From assembly GCA_904420445.1 (NCBI GenBank), contig CAJFVJ010000001.1, positions 193,266-257,265 of the forward strand: DNA of 64,000 bases, written 5' to 3'. Positions within the stretch are counted from its first letter, which is position 1, and every line of letters begins with the position of its first letter. Positions 10,088-19,872 of the stretch are shown here, one piece after another. The stretch is from Candidatus Adamsella avium. GTDB taxonomy: Bacteria > Cyanobacteriota > Vampirovibrionia > Gastranaerophilales > CAJFVJ01. The translations under genes were made by a program, and so were the position numbers. The notes under the pieces are model-generated. The model saw only the letters and a program-made list of their open reading frames with translations. It was not told the origin of the DNA and did no database searches.

Positions 10088-11098
10088 ATGCTGATAGTAA
10101 TGGAACACGGCGCAACACAGGAACAAATTCAAGCCGTAGAAAATTTTATTAGAGAACAGGGCTTTGACGCTCACATCTCTCAAGGCGAACTGCATACAAT
10201 CATCGGAGCCGTCGGCGGGAAAATTATCGACGAAAGAGAAATTCAACTGCTCGATGGAGTAAGAGAAATTATCAGAATTTCAACAAGCTATAAACTTGCA
10301 AGCAGAGCATTCCAAAAAGAAGATACAATCATAAAAATCAATGATGTAACAATCGGAGGTAATCAAATTGCAATGATTGCCGGTCCATGCACAATAGAAT
10401 CTTACGAACAAATGGACGAAACAGCAAAAGCACTCAGCGATATAGGCATAAGAATCCTCAGAGGAGGCGCCTTTAAACCGAGGACATCTCCTTACAGCTT
10501 TCAAGGCATGGGAGAAGAAGGTCTCAAAATTATCAGACGGGTCGCCGACAAATACAACATGCTCGTAACCTCAGAAGTTATGCAAATATCTCAAATCCCT
10601 ATGTTTATGAAATATGTAGATATATTGCAGGTCGGTGCAAGAAACATGCAGAACTTCAACCTCCTCAAAGAACTAGGATTCATCAACAAACCCGTACTCA
10701 TAAAAAGGGGTCTTGCAAATACCATCGAAGAATGGCTTATGGCAGCAGAATACGTTCTTTCAGGCGGCAACCGTGAAGTAATCTTATGCGAACGAGGTAT
10801 CAGAACTTTTGAAAGAGCTACAAGAAACACCCTCGACCTATCTGCAATACCTGTGGTAAAACAACTGAGCCACCTTCCGGTATTTGTTGACCCGAGCCAT
10901 GCAACAGGTCTGAGGGATAAGGTTGCCCCTATGTCAAGAGCATCAGTAGCAGCAGGCTGTGACGGACTGATTATCGAAGTTCACAACAACCCCCCGAAAG
11001 CTGTCTGCGACGGAGCACAATCACTCTATCCCGAACAATTTGCAAAACTCTATGATGACCTCAAAGCAATTGCTACTGTCATAGGCAGATCAATATAA
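10088..11098 (+). CDS. aroF: 3-deoxy-7-phosphoheptulonate (DAHP) synthase, type I-beta with N-terminal regulatory domain
   Basis: 336 aa; ~70-aa ferredoxin-like N-terminal extension, then the DAHPS/KDO8PS core (IAGPCTIES, RGGAFKPRTSPYSFQG, KRG, DPSH). Confidence 0.85.
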   Translation: MLIVMEHGATQEQIQAVENFIREQGFDAHISQGELHTIIGAVGGKIIDEREIQLLDGVREIIRISTSYKLASRAFQKEDTIIKINDVTIGGNQIAMIAGPCTIESYEQMDETAKALSDIGIRILRGGAFKPRTSPYSFQGMGEEGLKIIRRVADKYNMLVTSEVMQISQIPMFMKYVDILQVGARNMQNFNLLKELGFINKPVLIKRGLANTIEEWLMAAEYVLSGGNREVILCERGIRTFERATRNTLDLSAIPVVKQLSHLPVFVDPSHATGLRDKVAPMSRASVAAGCDGLIIEVHNNPPKAVCDGAQSLYPEQFAKLYDDLKAIATVIGRSI

Positions 11099-11197
11099 AA
11101 TTCTCTGTAAAAAAATATTAAATTAACCGAACATAGATATTCAAAAAAAATATTTTTAATCTTTATTTTGGATGTTGGTATGTATAGGAGGGTTTTT

Positions 11198-11581
11198 ATG
11201 GTTAATCATGTTTCTTTTTGCGGCATTTTGGGAAAAACGACAAGAGATATTTTCCTCGGTTCAGGCATTGACCATACCAAAATAACGCAGGATTATTATC
11301 CATTTAAAAATGAATTCGGTTCACAGGCTCAACAAGACGAATTTATAAGACAATTTCCAGACACCAAAGAAGGACAAAAACTGAAAGGGCAATCTCCGAT
11401 TTCTCAAATACAACTTATAATGAAAGAAGAGCTGCCTTTTACAAAAGCAGAATATGAAAGAGATAGATATCTTACAAGCAAAGATTGTCCGGTACAAAAA
11501 TTCTTAAAAGAAAATGACGGCTTGTTTACAACTACAACAACAGTAAAAGGTTTTGGTGCTGATATAGGAAGAATTATCTGA
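11198..11581 (+). CDS. Hypothetical small protein (starts MVNHVSFCG)
   Basis: ATG at 11198 lies 7 nt after AGGAGG and is preferred over the upstream TTG of the 11168 ORF; 127 aa, no known motif; followed by a strong terminator. Confidence 0.55.
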   Translation: MVNHVSFCGILGKTTRDIFLGSGIDHTKITQDYYPFKNEFGSQAQQDEFIRQFPDTKEGQKLKGQSPISQIQLIMKEELPFTKAEYERDRYLTSKDCPVQKFLKENDGLFTTTTTVKGFGADIGRII

Positions 11582-11594
11582 AAACATTTTGTAT

Positions 11595-11626
11595 AAAACC
11601 CCCTGATTTTACAATCAGGGGGTTTT
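11595..11626 (+). terminator. Rho-independent terminator (bidirectional shape)
   Basis: AAAACCCCCTGATT-ttac-AATCAGGGGGTTTT: perfect 10-bp GC-rich stem flanked by an A-run and a T-run, 14 nt after the stop at 11581. Confidence 0.75.
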
Positions 11627-11791
11627 ATAATTGCAACTTTTCGAACTTGCGAAAAGATATTATGACCCCGGCAAATCATTCATAAATAATAATTTGTATT
11701 CTACAAAAAAATTAACATTATACCCTTTTTTAATATGCTTAAAGCTCATAGTGCTGTAGAATATTAGTGGATAGAGTGAGTAAAATGGCTT

Positions 11792-13867
11792 ATGACAAAG
11801 TTATTAATAATAACTAAAGATAAACAAATCGAACAAAACTTTTTGGAAGCTTTTTCAAAAGGCGATTATGAATTAAAAATAGTCGAATATGAAGAAAATA
11901 TCATCGACATCGCAAACAATTTTATCCCTGAAATAGCAGTCATAGATGACACATATTCAAATACGGATATACAAAACATCTGCAATAAGCTGAAATTTTA
12001 CTCTCAGGCAAATGACATACAAATCCTTCTGCTCACCGACGGCGATACTTACACACAGGATCCTCTTGCCAAAATCGACGGCTATCTTCTGCGCCCAATC
12101 AACAACAAAATAGCCGTAGCAACAATAAATGCGCATATGAGGACAAGAAATCGTCTTGATATGATTTTCAACAAAACAAGCGAGCTGGCAAAAAGCCTTT
12201 ACCAGCTTAATGTTATGTATGACACAAGCTCGCAGCTCGCAGGTACTCTCGATAAGACAAAACTTATCAACATTATGACAGAAGGACTCGAACGAAGCAT
12301 AAGCTACTCTCTCTGCGCTGTTTTGATATTCAACGACGAATCAGACATAAAACTCATTATACACTCGCTCAACCCCGTATCGGAAAGACTCGAACAGGCT
12401 CTCAAACTGAGAATGATGATTAACTACAAAAACCTGTTCGAAAACCAAAAACAACCGCTCGACTTCTCAATCAACAACATACACATCAAAAAACAATCAA
12501 AACACACAGACGGCATATATGACCTCAAAATTCTCAACTACGACACACTCTTCTGCCCGATAAACACCTCTGACAAATTCTTCGGACTGATAGAAGTTTT
12601 TAGAGAAGACAAGCTCACAAGCGAAGATTTTACCTGTTTCCAAACACTCGTAAAACAGGTGTCACTTCCTCTTGAAAGTGCCCTTTTGTACGAAGAAATC
12701 ACAAAAACAAACAAAAAACTCGAAAAACTCGAACAGCTCAAATCAGAATTTATCTCTATAGTTTCACACGAGTTGAGAACTCCTCTCACTGCCATAAAAA
12801 ACTCCCTGAATATTATGCTCAGCGGGAAATCAGGGGAGATGAACGAAACCTCGACAAAATTTCTCAACCTCGCAAACAGAAATGTAAACAGACTCTCAGG
12901 TATCATAAACGACCTTCTCGACCTCTCAAAAATCGAAGCAGGTAAAATGGAATACCGCTTCGATGAATTCAACATCAAAGACCCTGCAGAACAAGTCTGC
13001 GCAACACTCGAAGGGCTCGCAAAAGATAAAAATATCTCACTCGAAATCAAAGCAGAAGATAACCTGCCGAAAGTCTACGGCGACAGCAGCAAAATCGAAC
13101 AGGTTATTGCAAACCTCATCGCTAATGCCATCAAATTTACAAACGAAGACGGAAAAATTAAAGTCGAAATCAAAACAGCCAAACCGGAAGAAATCAGCAT
13201 GAAAAACGCCCTCAAAGGCGGCTATATTCAGGTATCCGTAGAAGACAACGGCATCGGCATCAAACAGGAAGATATCCCGAAAGTTTTCGACAAATTCCAG
13301 CAAATTGAAAGCTCTCTTGTCAGAAAAATCGGCGGCACAGGACTTGGGCTCCCTATCGCAAAACAACTCATCGAAGCGCACAGAGGAATGATATGGGTCG
13401 AAAGCGAGCTAAATCACGGCAGCACGTTCTCTTTCATAATCCCTATAGCAAAAGACATAAACAAATTTATGATGGAACTCGACAAACAAATCCAATATGC
13501 AAAATACAACCACTCAAACCTCGCTTTGATTAGAGCGGAACAACAACACACTGATGAACTCATCAAAGAAATAGCACAGGACTCCTTCGGAATACTGCAA
13601 AAATACAAAAATGCACAGGTCTTCACCCAAAAGAAAGAAGATAAAAACACCGCATTCATAATCCTGCCATCTGCCAATAAAATGGCAGCGGACATAATTA
13701 TCCAAAAATTGAAAGATTATATACAAAGTAATAAAAATAATTATTTAGACTATAATATATTCATGAGCAGCTGTATTTACCCGGAGGGAGCTCTCAGCGC
13801 AAATGAACTCATAGAAAAAACAACAAAAGAGCACGAAAACAAAATAAAAACCGAGGAAAAAGTATGA
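11792..13867 (+). CDS. Multidomain sensor histidine kinase (receiver-like N-terminus, GAF-like, HisKA, HATPase_c, degenerate GGDEF-like tail)
   Basis: 691 aa; H-box SHELRTPLTAI, N-box IANAIKFT, G-boxes DNGIGI and GGTGLGLPIAKQL. The C-terminal ~140 aa align by eye to a GGDEF fold lacking the GG[DE]EF motif. Confidence 0.85.
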   Translation: MTKLLIITKDKQIEQNFLEAFSKGDYELKIVEYEENIIDIANNFIPEIAVIDDTYSNTDIQNICNKLKFYSQANDIQILLLTDGDTYTQDPLAKIDGYLLRPINNKIAVATINAHMRTRNRLDMIFNKTSELAKSLYQLNVMYDTSSQLAGTLDKTKLINIMTEGLERSISYSLCAVLIFNDESDIKLIIHSLNPVSERLEQALKLRMMINYKNLFENQKQPLDFSINNIHIKKQSKHTDGIYDLKILNYDTLFCPINTSDKFFGLIEVFREDKLTSEDFTCFQTLVKQVSLPLESALLYEEITKTNKKLEKLEQLKSEFISIVSHELRTPLTAIKNSLNIMLSGKSGEMNETSTKFLNLANRNVNRLSGIINDLLDLSKIEAGKMEYRFDEFNIKDPAEQVCATLEGLAKDKNISLEIKAEDNLPKVYGDSSKIEQVIANLIANAIKFTNEDGKIKVEIKTAKPEEISMKNALKGGYIQVSVEDNGIGIKQEDIPKVFDKFQQIESSLVRKIGGTGLGLPIAKQLIEAHRGMIWVESELNHGSTFSFIIPIAKDINKFMMELDKQIQYAKYNHSNLALIRAEQQHTDELIKEIAQDSFGILQKYKNAQVFTQKKEDKNTAFIILPSANKMAADIIIQKLKDYIQSNKNNYLDYNIFMSSCIYPEGALSANELIEKTTKEHENKIKTEEKV

Positions 13868-14232
13868 GCAAAAGAATATTGATAGCTGACGATGAAACGG
13901 ATATTGTCGAAACTCTTCAGTTTATGCTTGAAGTCGAAGGCTTTGAATGCCTGACTGCCTACAATGGGGAAGATGCGCTGAATCTGGCAAAAAGAGAAAT
14001 GCCTGACTTGCTTATCCTTGATGTTATGATGCCAAAAATTAACGGATACAAAGTCTGCCGCCTCCTAAAATTCGATGCAAAATACAAAAATATTCCGATA
14101 CTCATGGTTACAGCCCGCTCACAGGAAGAAGATAAGATGATTGGCGAAGAAACAGGTGCTGATGAATATATCACAAAACCTTTTGAAATAAATGATGTCG
14201 TCGAAAAAGTAAAAAAATATCTGGAACAATAA
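13864..14232 (+). CDS. Single-domain response regulator (CheY-like receiver)
   Basis: 122 aa; ILIADDE, DLLILDVMMPKINGY (phospho-acceptor Asp), T at VTARS, KPF; start overlaps the kinase stop (ATGA). Confidence 0.9.
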   Translation: MSKRILIADDETDIVETLQFMLEVEGFECLTAYNGEDALNLAKREMPDLLILDVMMPKINGYKVCRLLKFDAKYKNIPILMVTARSQEEDKMIGEETGADEYITKPFEINDVVEKVKKYLEQ

Positions 14233-14233
14233 A

Positions 14234-15604
14234 ATGCAGGAGTTATTAACAAATAAAACAGTCGAAAAACTGAAACATGACCTTGTCAAAGAAGGCCTGA
14301 TAAACTTCGACGACCTTGAAAAAGCTGAAGAAATAGCCGTAGCCCAAAAAATAAACATCGCTCAGGCGCTCATAAGATCTAATATTATTGAAGAAGAGCC
14401 TCTTCTGAAATTCATCGAAAGCAAGCTGCATATCCCGTATGTAAACCTCGATGACTACACCCCTGATGAAAAAACCCTGACCTATATAAACTCTCAGGAC
14501 GCAATTAAATACAAAATCATGCCTCTCTTTGCCATAGAAGATGTTCTGACAATTGCTATGGCTGACCCGATGGATTTGTTTCTTATAAATAACCTTATAT
14601 CAACGGCAGATATGAAAATTGAACCGATTATTTGTTCGGAAAAAAGTATCCTCAAAGCAATCAACAAATACTACTTTAAAACACCCGAGAATATCTCGCT
14701 TCAAGAAGAAAACATTGACTGGCGTACATATATAACAAACAACATTCAGAACGAAGACCAGCTCCAAAAACTCATTGACGTAATCCTCATGCAGGCAATC
14801 CACGAAAAAGTTCATGAAATCTTCTTCGAACATGACCCGGGCGGATTCTGTCTGAAATTTAAACATAACTCAAATATCGACAACAAAGGAGAACTTCCAT
14901 CCCTGCTTGTTCCTTTGTTTATCGCAAAGCTCAAAAAAATGTCAAAACTCAACCCAGATATATCAGAGATGCCTCAGCTGGGGAAACTCATATTCAGACT
15001 AAACAACATAGACTACGTCGCAAGTATCTCTGCATTCCCAACAATAGCAGGAGAAAGGATTGCCCTCAAAATTTACAGCCCGCCAAATTCTTTTGACTCA
15101 CTCCCTATCAGTGTTGACAAAAAAGAATACATCAAACAATCAATCAACAACCACGGCATACTTCTCATCTGCGGCAGCGAGCTTAGCGGTAAAACACACA
15201 TAATTTATTCTCTTCTTTCAGAAATGGCAAAAGAAAAAACCTCCATAATGACCGTAGAATCAATCGTCAAATACAACATCAAAGAAATAAATCAATGTGA
15301 ATTAAATGAGAATATCGGATTTAACCTCGATAAAGTAATAAGGTTTATAGAATTCCAAATGCCTGATATAATCTACTTCGAAGCATTTAATACAAAAACA
15401 ACCCTCGACTACTTTGTCCATCTTGCACTGCAGCAAAAAACCATCATAACGGAATTCTGTGCAAATAATATAGAATCACTGAGAAAAAAGCTATCTTTCA
15501 GCGAATTTGAACTTTTCAAAAATCTTATAAGCTGTCTTATTTTCGTGCACAGCAAAGATTCAATAGAAGTCTTCACAAAAAATGATCTTGAGAAATATTT
15601 ATAA
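14234..15604 (+). CDS. PilB/GspE-family protein: T2SSE_N (MshEN-like) N-terminal domain plus degenerate, truncated secretion-ATPase core
   Basis: 456 aa; the N-terminal ~145 aa match the GspE-N pattern (LVKEGLINFDDLEKA, KIMPLFAIEDVLTIAMADPMD). Walker A is retained (GSELSGKT), but the Asp box (ESIVKY vs EDPVEY), Walker B region (MPDIIYFEAF) and His box (TEFCANN vs STLHTN) are degenerate. Confidence 0.7.
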   Translation: MQELLTNKTVEKLKHDLVKEGLINFDDLEKAEEIAVAQKINIAQALIRSNIIEEEPLLKFIESKLHIPYVNLDDYTPDEKTLTYINSQDAIKYKIMPLFAIEDVLTIAMADPMDLFLINNLISTADMKIEPIICSEKSILKAINKYYFKTPENISLQEENIDWRTYITNNIQNEDQLQKLIDVILMQAIHEKVHEIFFEHDPGGFCLKFKHNSNIDNKGELPSLLVPLFIAKLKKMSKLNPDISEMPQLGKLIFRLNNIDYVASISAFPTIAGERIALKIYSPPNSFDSLPISVDKKEYIKQSINNHGILLICGSELSGKTHIIYSLLSEMAKEKTSIMTVESIVKYNIKEINQCELNENIGFNLDKVIRFIEFQMPDIIYFEAFNTKTTLDYFVHLALQQKTIITEFCANNIESLRKKLSFSEFELFKNLISCLIFVHSKDSIEVFTKNDLEKYL

Positions 15605-15615
15605 AAGGAGAAACC

Positions 15616-16137
15616 ATGTCAATATCAGTAAAAGACAAAATCAGAGATATCAAAGACTTTCCCAAAAAAGGAATTATATTCAGAGATATAACAACCGTCA
15701 TAAAAGACGCTGACGCTTTCAAATATGTCATCGACTACTTCTATGACATGTTCAAAGACGACAAAATAGATTATGTAGCTGCCATAGAATCACGCGGTTA
15801 TATTTTTGGCGCTCCGCTTGCTTACAAACTCGGCGCAGGCTTTATAGTAATCAGAAAACCGGGGAAACTTCCTGCCGAAGTAGAAAGAGTAAGTTATGAC
15901 CTCGAATACGGCACAGACTCTCTGGAAATACACAAAGATGCAATAGAACCCGGAAAAAGAGTCCTTCTTGTCGACGACCTCCTCGCAACAGGAGGAACAA
16001 TCTGTGCCTCATGCCGGCTCATAGAAAAACTCGGCGGAAAAACTGCAGGAATTGCTTTTATGATTGAACTCTCAGACCTGAAAGGAAGAGAAAAACTCCC
16101 TGAAGACGCTAAAATAGTTACTATGGTGACATATTGA
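15616..16137 (+). CDS. apt: Adenine phosphoribosyltransferase
   Basis: 173 aa; PRPP-binding motif VLLVDDLLATGGT; typical Apt N-terminus (IRDIKDFPKKGIIFRDIT). Confidence 0.95.
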   Translation: MSISVKDKIRDIKDFPKKGIIFRDITTVIKDADAFKYVIDYFYDMFKDDKIDYVAAIESRGYIFGAPLAYKLGAGFIVIRKPGKLPAEVERVSYDLEYGTDSLEIHKDAIEPGKRVLLVDDLLATGGTICASCRLIEKLGGKTAGIAFMIELSDLKGREKLPEDAKIVTMVTY

Positions 16138-16138
16138 T

Positions 16139-16993
16139 ATGCTTGATAAAATAACCTCAAAACTTTTGATAGTCTTCGGCACAATCCTCGTTGCAATCGG
16201 ACTTGAACTATTTCTTGTTCCGAACAAAATCATAGACGGCGGCGTAATCGGCATATCCATCATCATGAATTACATTACAAACTACCCTCTAGGTATTCTG
16301 ATTTTCTGCCTGAACTTCCCGTTTCTGCTTTTTGGCTTGAAAAAACTGGGGCATAAGTTTATTTTGAACTCTCTGTTCTCGGTTACCTCTCTTTCCGTGT
16401 TCACCATGCTGGTTGACCACTTCAAAGAAGATTTTCACGTACAATATGCAACACATGAATTGTTCCTTGCCACAATATTCGGAGGTATTATCACAGGGGT
16501 CGGAGTCGGTATTGTCCTCAAAAACAACGGTTCCCTGGACGGCACAGAAGTCCTTGCAGTCGCTTTCACAAAAAAACTCGGTTTCTCTGTCGGAGAAATT
16601 GTCATGTTCTTCAACATATTCATCCTCGGCTCCTCAGGTTTTGTCCTCGGATGGGATAGAGCGATGTATTCAATTGCAACCTACTACATTATCTCTAAAG
16701 CTATCGACTTCATACTCGAAGGAATGGATGATACAAAGAGCGTTATGATAATCTCTGACAGACATGAAGATATCTCAAATGCACTGATGACAGAACTCGA
16801 CAAAGGTGTCACATTCATTCAGGCGCAAGGTGGCTACACAAAAGACCCCAAAAAGGTTATCTACTGTGTAATCAGCAGGCTTGAACTTTCTCAACTCAGA
16901 GAAATAGTCATAGGCATAGACAAAGAAGCATTTGTAACAGTGCAAAATATTCATGAAGTAAGAGGCGGCAGAATTAAAAAAATAAATAAATAA
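16139..16993 (+). CDS. YitT-family membrane protein (DUF2179 C-terminal domain)
   Basis: 284 aa; ~5 TM helices with IDGGVIGISII-type motifs, C-terminal soluble domain ending FVTVQNIHEVRGG. Confidence 0.8.
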   Translation: MLDKITSKLLIVFGTILVAIGLELFLVPNKIIDGGVIGISIIMNYITNYPLGILIFCLNFPFLLFGLKKLGHKFILNSLFSVTSLSVFTMLVDHFKEDFHVQYATHELFLATIFGGIITGVGVGIVLKNNGSLDGTEVLAVAFTKKLGFSVGEIVMFFNIFILGSSGFVLGWDRAMYSIATYYIISKAIDFILEGMDDTKSVMIISDRHEDISNALMTELDKGVTFIQAQGGYTKDPKKVIYCVISRLELSQLREIVIGIDKEAFVTVQNIHEVRGGRIKKINK

Positions 16994-17056
16994 ATTTTTA
17001 ATTTGATTAATAATCTGCTAATATAGTTCTAAAAGAAGTATAAGGATTGTAATATT

Positions 17057-18175
17057 ATGATAATCGGTGTTCCAACAGAAATACAACCAAACGAAAACCG
17101 TGTAGCAATCGCCCCCTCAGGTGTTGTTGCACTTGTGAGAAAAGGACACACTGTTTTAATAGAAAAAAATGCAGGCTTAGGCAGCAGTTTTTCAAACGAA
17201 GACTACGAAAAATGCGGCGCTGAAATAGTCGCAACACCAAAAGAACTCTACAGCCGTTCAAAACTCATACTAAAAGTGAAAGCTCCCCAGCTCTCAGAAT
17301 ATAACCTGCTGAAAAAAGAGCAGATTCTTATGGCATATCTCCATCTCGTAGCGGAATCAGAGCTTACAAAAGCCCTCCAGAAAAATAAAATTACGGCTAT
17401 CGCCTTCGAAACAATCCAAAAACCTGACGGCTCCCTCCCTGTGCTCAGACCAATGAGCGAAATCGCAGGCAAAATGTCAGTGCAAATAGGCGCACAATTC
17501 CTCGAAAATTACTACGGCGGCAAAGGGCTGCTTCTCGGAGGAGTCCCCGGGACAAGACCGGGGAAAGTGACAATTATCGGTGCGGGCAACGTCGGCAAAA
17601 ATGCAGCTCAAGTAGCAGCAGGCTACGGCTGCGAAGTCAGTGTTCTTGACATAAACATCGATAGACTGAGATATATAAACGATATTATGTACTCAAAAGT
17701 GAAAACAATCGTTGCAAACCCGATAACAATCGAAAAAGAAGTTAAAACAGCAGACCTCGTAATCTCCGCAGTTCTTATCCCCGGTTCAAAACCTCCGATA
17801 GTAGTCACAGAAGATATGGTCAAAAAAATGAAAAAAGGCTCAGTAATAGTCGATGCCGCTATCGATCAGGGAGGCTCTGTCGAAACAATGAACAGAACAA
17901 CCACTCATGATAACCCGACTTTTGAAAAACACGGCATAGTACACTACGCTGTTTCAAACATGCCCGGATCCGTTGCAAAAACAGCATCTATAGCGATGAA
18001 CAACGTTTCCATTCCCTATGTTGTATCAATAGCAGACAACGGCATAAAAGGCGTCAAACACGACAGCGCACTTGCAAAAGGAATAAATGTTATAGACGGA
18101 GCTATCACATACAAACCTGTAGCGGACGGTTTATTCAAAGAATACACTCCTCTTGAGTCAATAATAGGATTTTAA
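17057..18175 (+). CDS. ald: Alanine dehydrogenase
   Basis: 372 aa; MIIGVPTEIQPNENRVA N-terminus, NAD-binding IIGAGNVGKNAA, full-length AlaDH/PNT pattern. Confidence 0.9.
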   Translation: MIIGVPTEIQPNENRVAIAPSGVVALVRKGHTVLIEKNAGLGSSFSNEDYEKCGAEIVATPKELYSRSKLILKVKAPQLSEYNLLKKEQILMAYLHLVAESELTKALQKNKITAIAFETIQKPDGSLPVLRPMSEIAGKMSVQIGAQFLENYYGGKGLLLGGVPGTRPGKVTIIGAGNVGKNAAQVAAGYGCEVSVLDINIDRLRYINDIMYSKVKTIVANPITIEKEVKTADLVISAVLIPGSKPPIVVTEDMVKKMKKGSVIVDAAIDQGGSVETMNRTTTHDNPTFEKHGIVHYAVSNMPGSVAKTASIAMNNVSIPYVVSIADNGIKGVKHDSALAKGINVIDGAITYKPVADGLFKEYTPLESIIGF

Positions 18176-18178
18176 AAA

Positions 18179-19366
18179 ATGGCATTCAGATATCTTACAT
18201 CGGGCGAATCTCACGGCAAATGCCTGAATTTAATTATAGACGGCTTCCCATCAGGCGTTCTTATCAATGAAGAAAAAATAAACAATGACCTGAAAAGACG
18301 CCAGAGCGGCTATGGACGCGGCGGCAGAATGAAGATAGAAACCGACAAGATAAAATTCAACTCAGGAATAAGACACTCTTACTCAATCGGCAGCCCTATA
18401 TGCGCTGAAATAACAAATAAAGACTGGGAAAACTGGTCTGTTGTTATGTCAAGCGAAAGTGTTGACACCTCAAATCCAGAAATAAGAAAACTCCTCGACG
18501 ACAAAACCATCTCAAAAGTACGCCCGGGACATGCCGACTTTGCAGGAGCTCTAAAATACAATCAAAAAGACATAAGAAACATCCTTGAACGCTCAAGCGC
18601 CAGAGAAACAACAACACGTGTTGCAGCAGGCGCAATCTGCAAATGTCTCCTCGAAGAATTTGACATAGACATCTTCTCCCATGTCCTCGCTATCGGCAAT
18701 GCAAAAGTCAAAGAAACACTCTCAGACTATGATGAAATAAAATCAAAAGCCGAACTCTCGGAAGTCAGATGCGCTGATGAACAAACCTCAAAAGAAATGA
18801 TACAACAAATAGACAACGCTCAAAAAGAAGGCGTAACCCTGGGCGGATACATAGAAGTCGTAATAAGAAACCTCCCGATAGGCTTAGGCTCTCACATACA
18901 ATGGGATAAAAGACTTGATGGCATACTTGCACAGGCAATCATGAGCATACCTGCCGTAAAATCGGTTGAAATAGGTGCAGGAGTTCAAAGTGCTTATCTC
19001 AAAGGGTCTGATATGCACGATGAAATCTTCAGCGAAAACGGGAAAGTTATCAGAAAAACCAACAACGCAGGCGGACTTGAAGGAGGGATAACAAACGGAG
19101 AACCTCTCATAATAAGAGCCGCTATGAAAGCAATCCCCACAATGAGAACTCCGCTGAATTCAATAAACTTATACACAAAAGAAAACACTCAAGCACACTT
19201 TGAACGCTCAGACACCTGTGCGGTACCTGCTTGTGCCGTTGTTGCAGAAGCTATGGCGGCAATTGCTCTGACAGGAGTGTTTCTCGAAAAATTCTCTTCG
19301 GATAACCTCGAAGATATAAAACAAAATTACAAAAATTACCAAAAACGCATAAGAGGCGAACTATGA
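18179..19366 (+). CDS. aroC: Chorismate synthase
   Basis: 395 aa; MAFRYLTSGESHGK, RPGHADF, GRSSARETTTRV-type motifs. Confidence 0.95.
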   Translation: MAFRYLTSGESHGKCLNLIIDGFPSGVLINEEKINNDLKRRQSGYGRGGRMKIETDKIKFNSGIRHSYSIGSPICAEITNKDWENWSVVMSSESVDTSNPEIRKLLDDKTISKVRPGHADFAGALKYNQKDIRNILERSSARETTTRVAAGAICKCLLEEFDIDIFSHVLAIGNAKVKETLSDYDEIKSKAELSEVRCADEQTSKEMIQQIDNAQKEGVTLGGYIEVVIRNLPIGLGSHIQWDKRLDGILAQAIMSIPAVKSVEIGAGVQSAYLKGSDMHDEIFSENGKVIRKTNNAGGLEGGITNGEPLIIRAAMKAIPTMRTPLNSINLYTKENTQAHFERSDTCAVPACAVVAEAMAAIALTGVFLEKFSSDNLEDIKQNYKNYQKRIRGEL

Positions 19367-19872
19367 AAAATATTGTTCTGGTAGGTATGATGGGTGCAGG
19401 AAAAACGACCGTAGGGGAATTTCTTTCAGCAAAATTGAATAGAGAGCTGAAAGATATTGACCGTGTAATCGAACAGGAACAGAAAAAAAGTATTATCGAA
19501 ATCTTTACTAACGACGGTGAAGAAGCTTTCAGACAACTTGAAAGCGAAACTATCGAAAAATTATCAAATATGTCAGATTTGATAATCTCTACAGGCGGTG
19601 GGGCGCTTGAAAAAGCAAATAATCTCTCAAACCTTCAAAAAAACGGTATAATTATCTATCTTAAAGCTGACATAGAAGAACTTTTCAAAAGGGTAAAAAA
19701 TGAAACTCAACGACCGCTGCTAAAAGAACAGGACCCTCTTGAAGTAATCAAAAAGCTAATAAAAAAACGCGAAAAATTTTATCTAATGGCTGACATTACA
19801 ATTATTACAGACAACAAAAGCCCTGAAGAAATCACGGAAGAAATAATAAAGGCAACAAAAAACCATGAGTAA
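19363..19872 (+). CDS. aroK: Shikimate kinase
   Basis: 169 aa; P-loop GMMGAGKTTVG, STGGG; start overlaps the aroC stop. Confidence 0.9.
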   Translation: MKNIVLVGMMGAGKTTVGEFLSAKLNRELKDIDRVIEQEQKKSIIEIFTNDGEEAFRQLESETIEKLSNMSDLIISTGGGALEKANNLSNLQKNGIIIYLKADIEELFKRVKNETQRPLLKEQDPLEVIKKLIKKREKFYLMADITIITDNKSPEEITEEIIKATKNHE

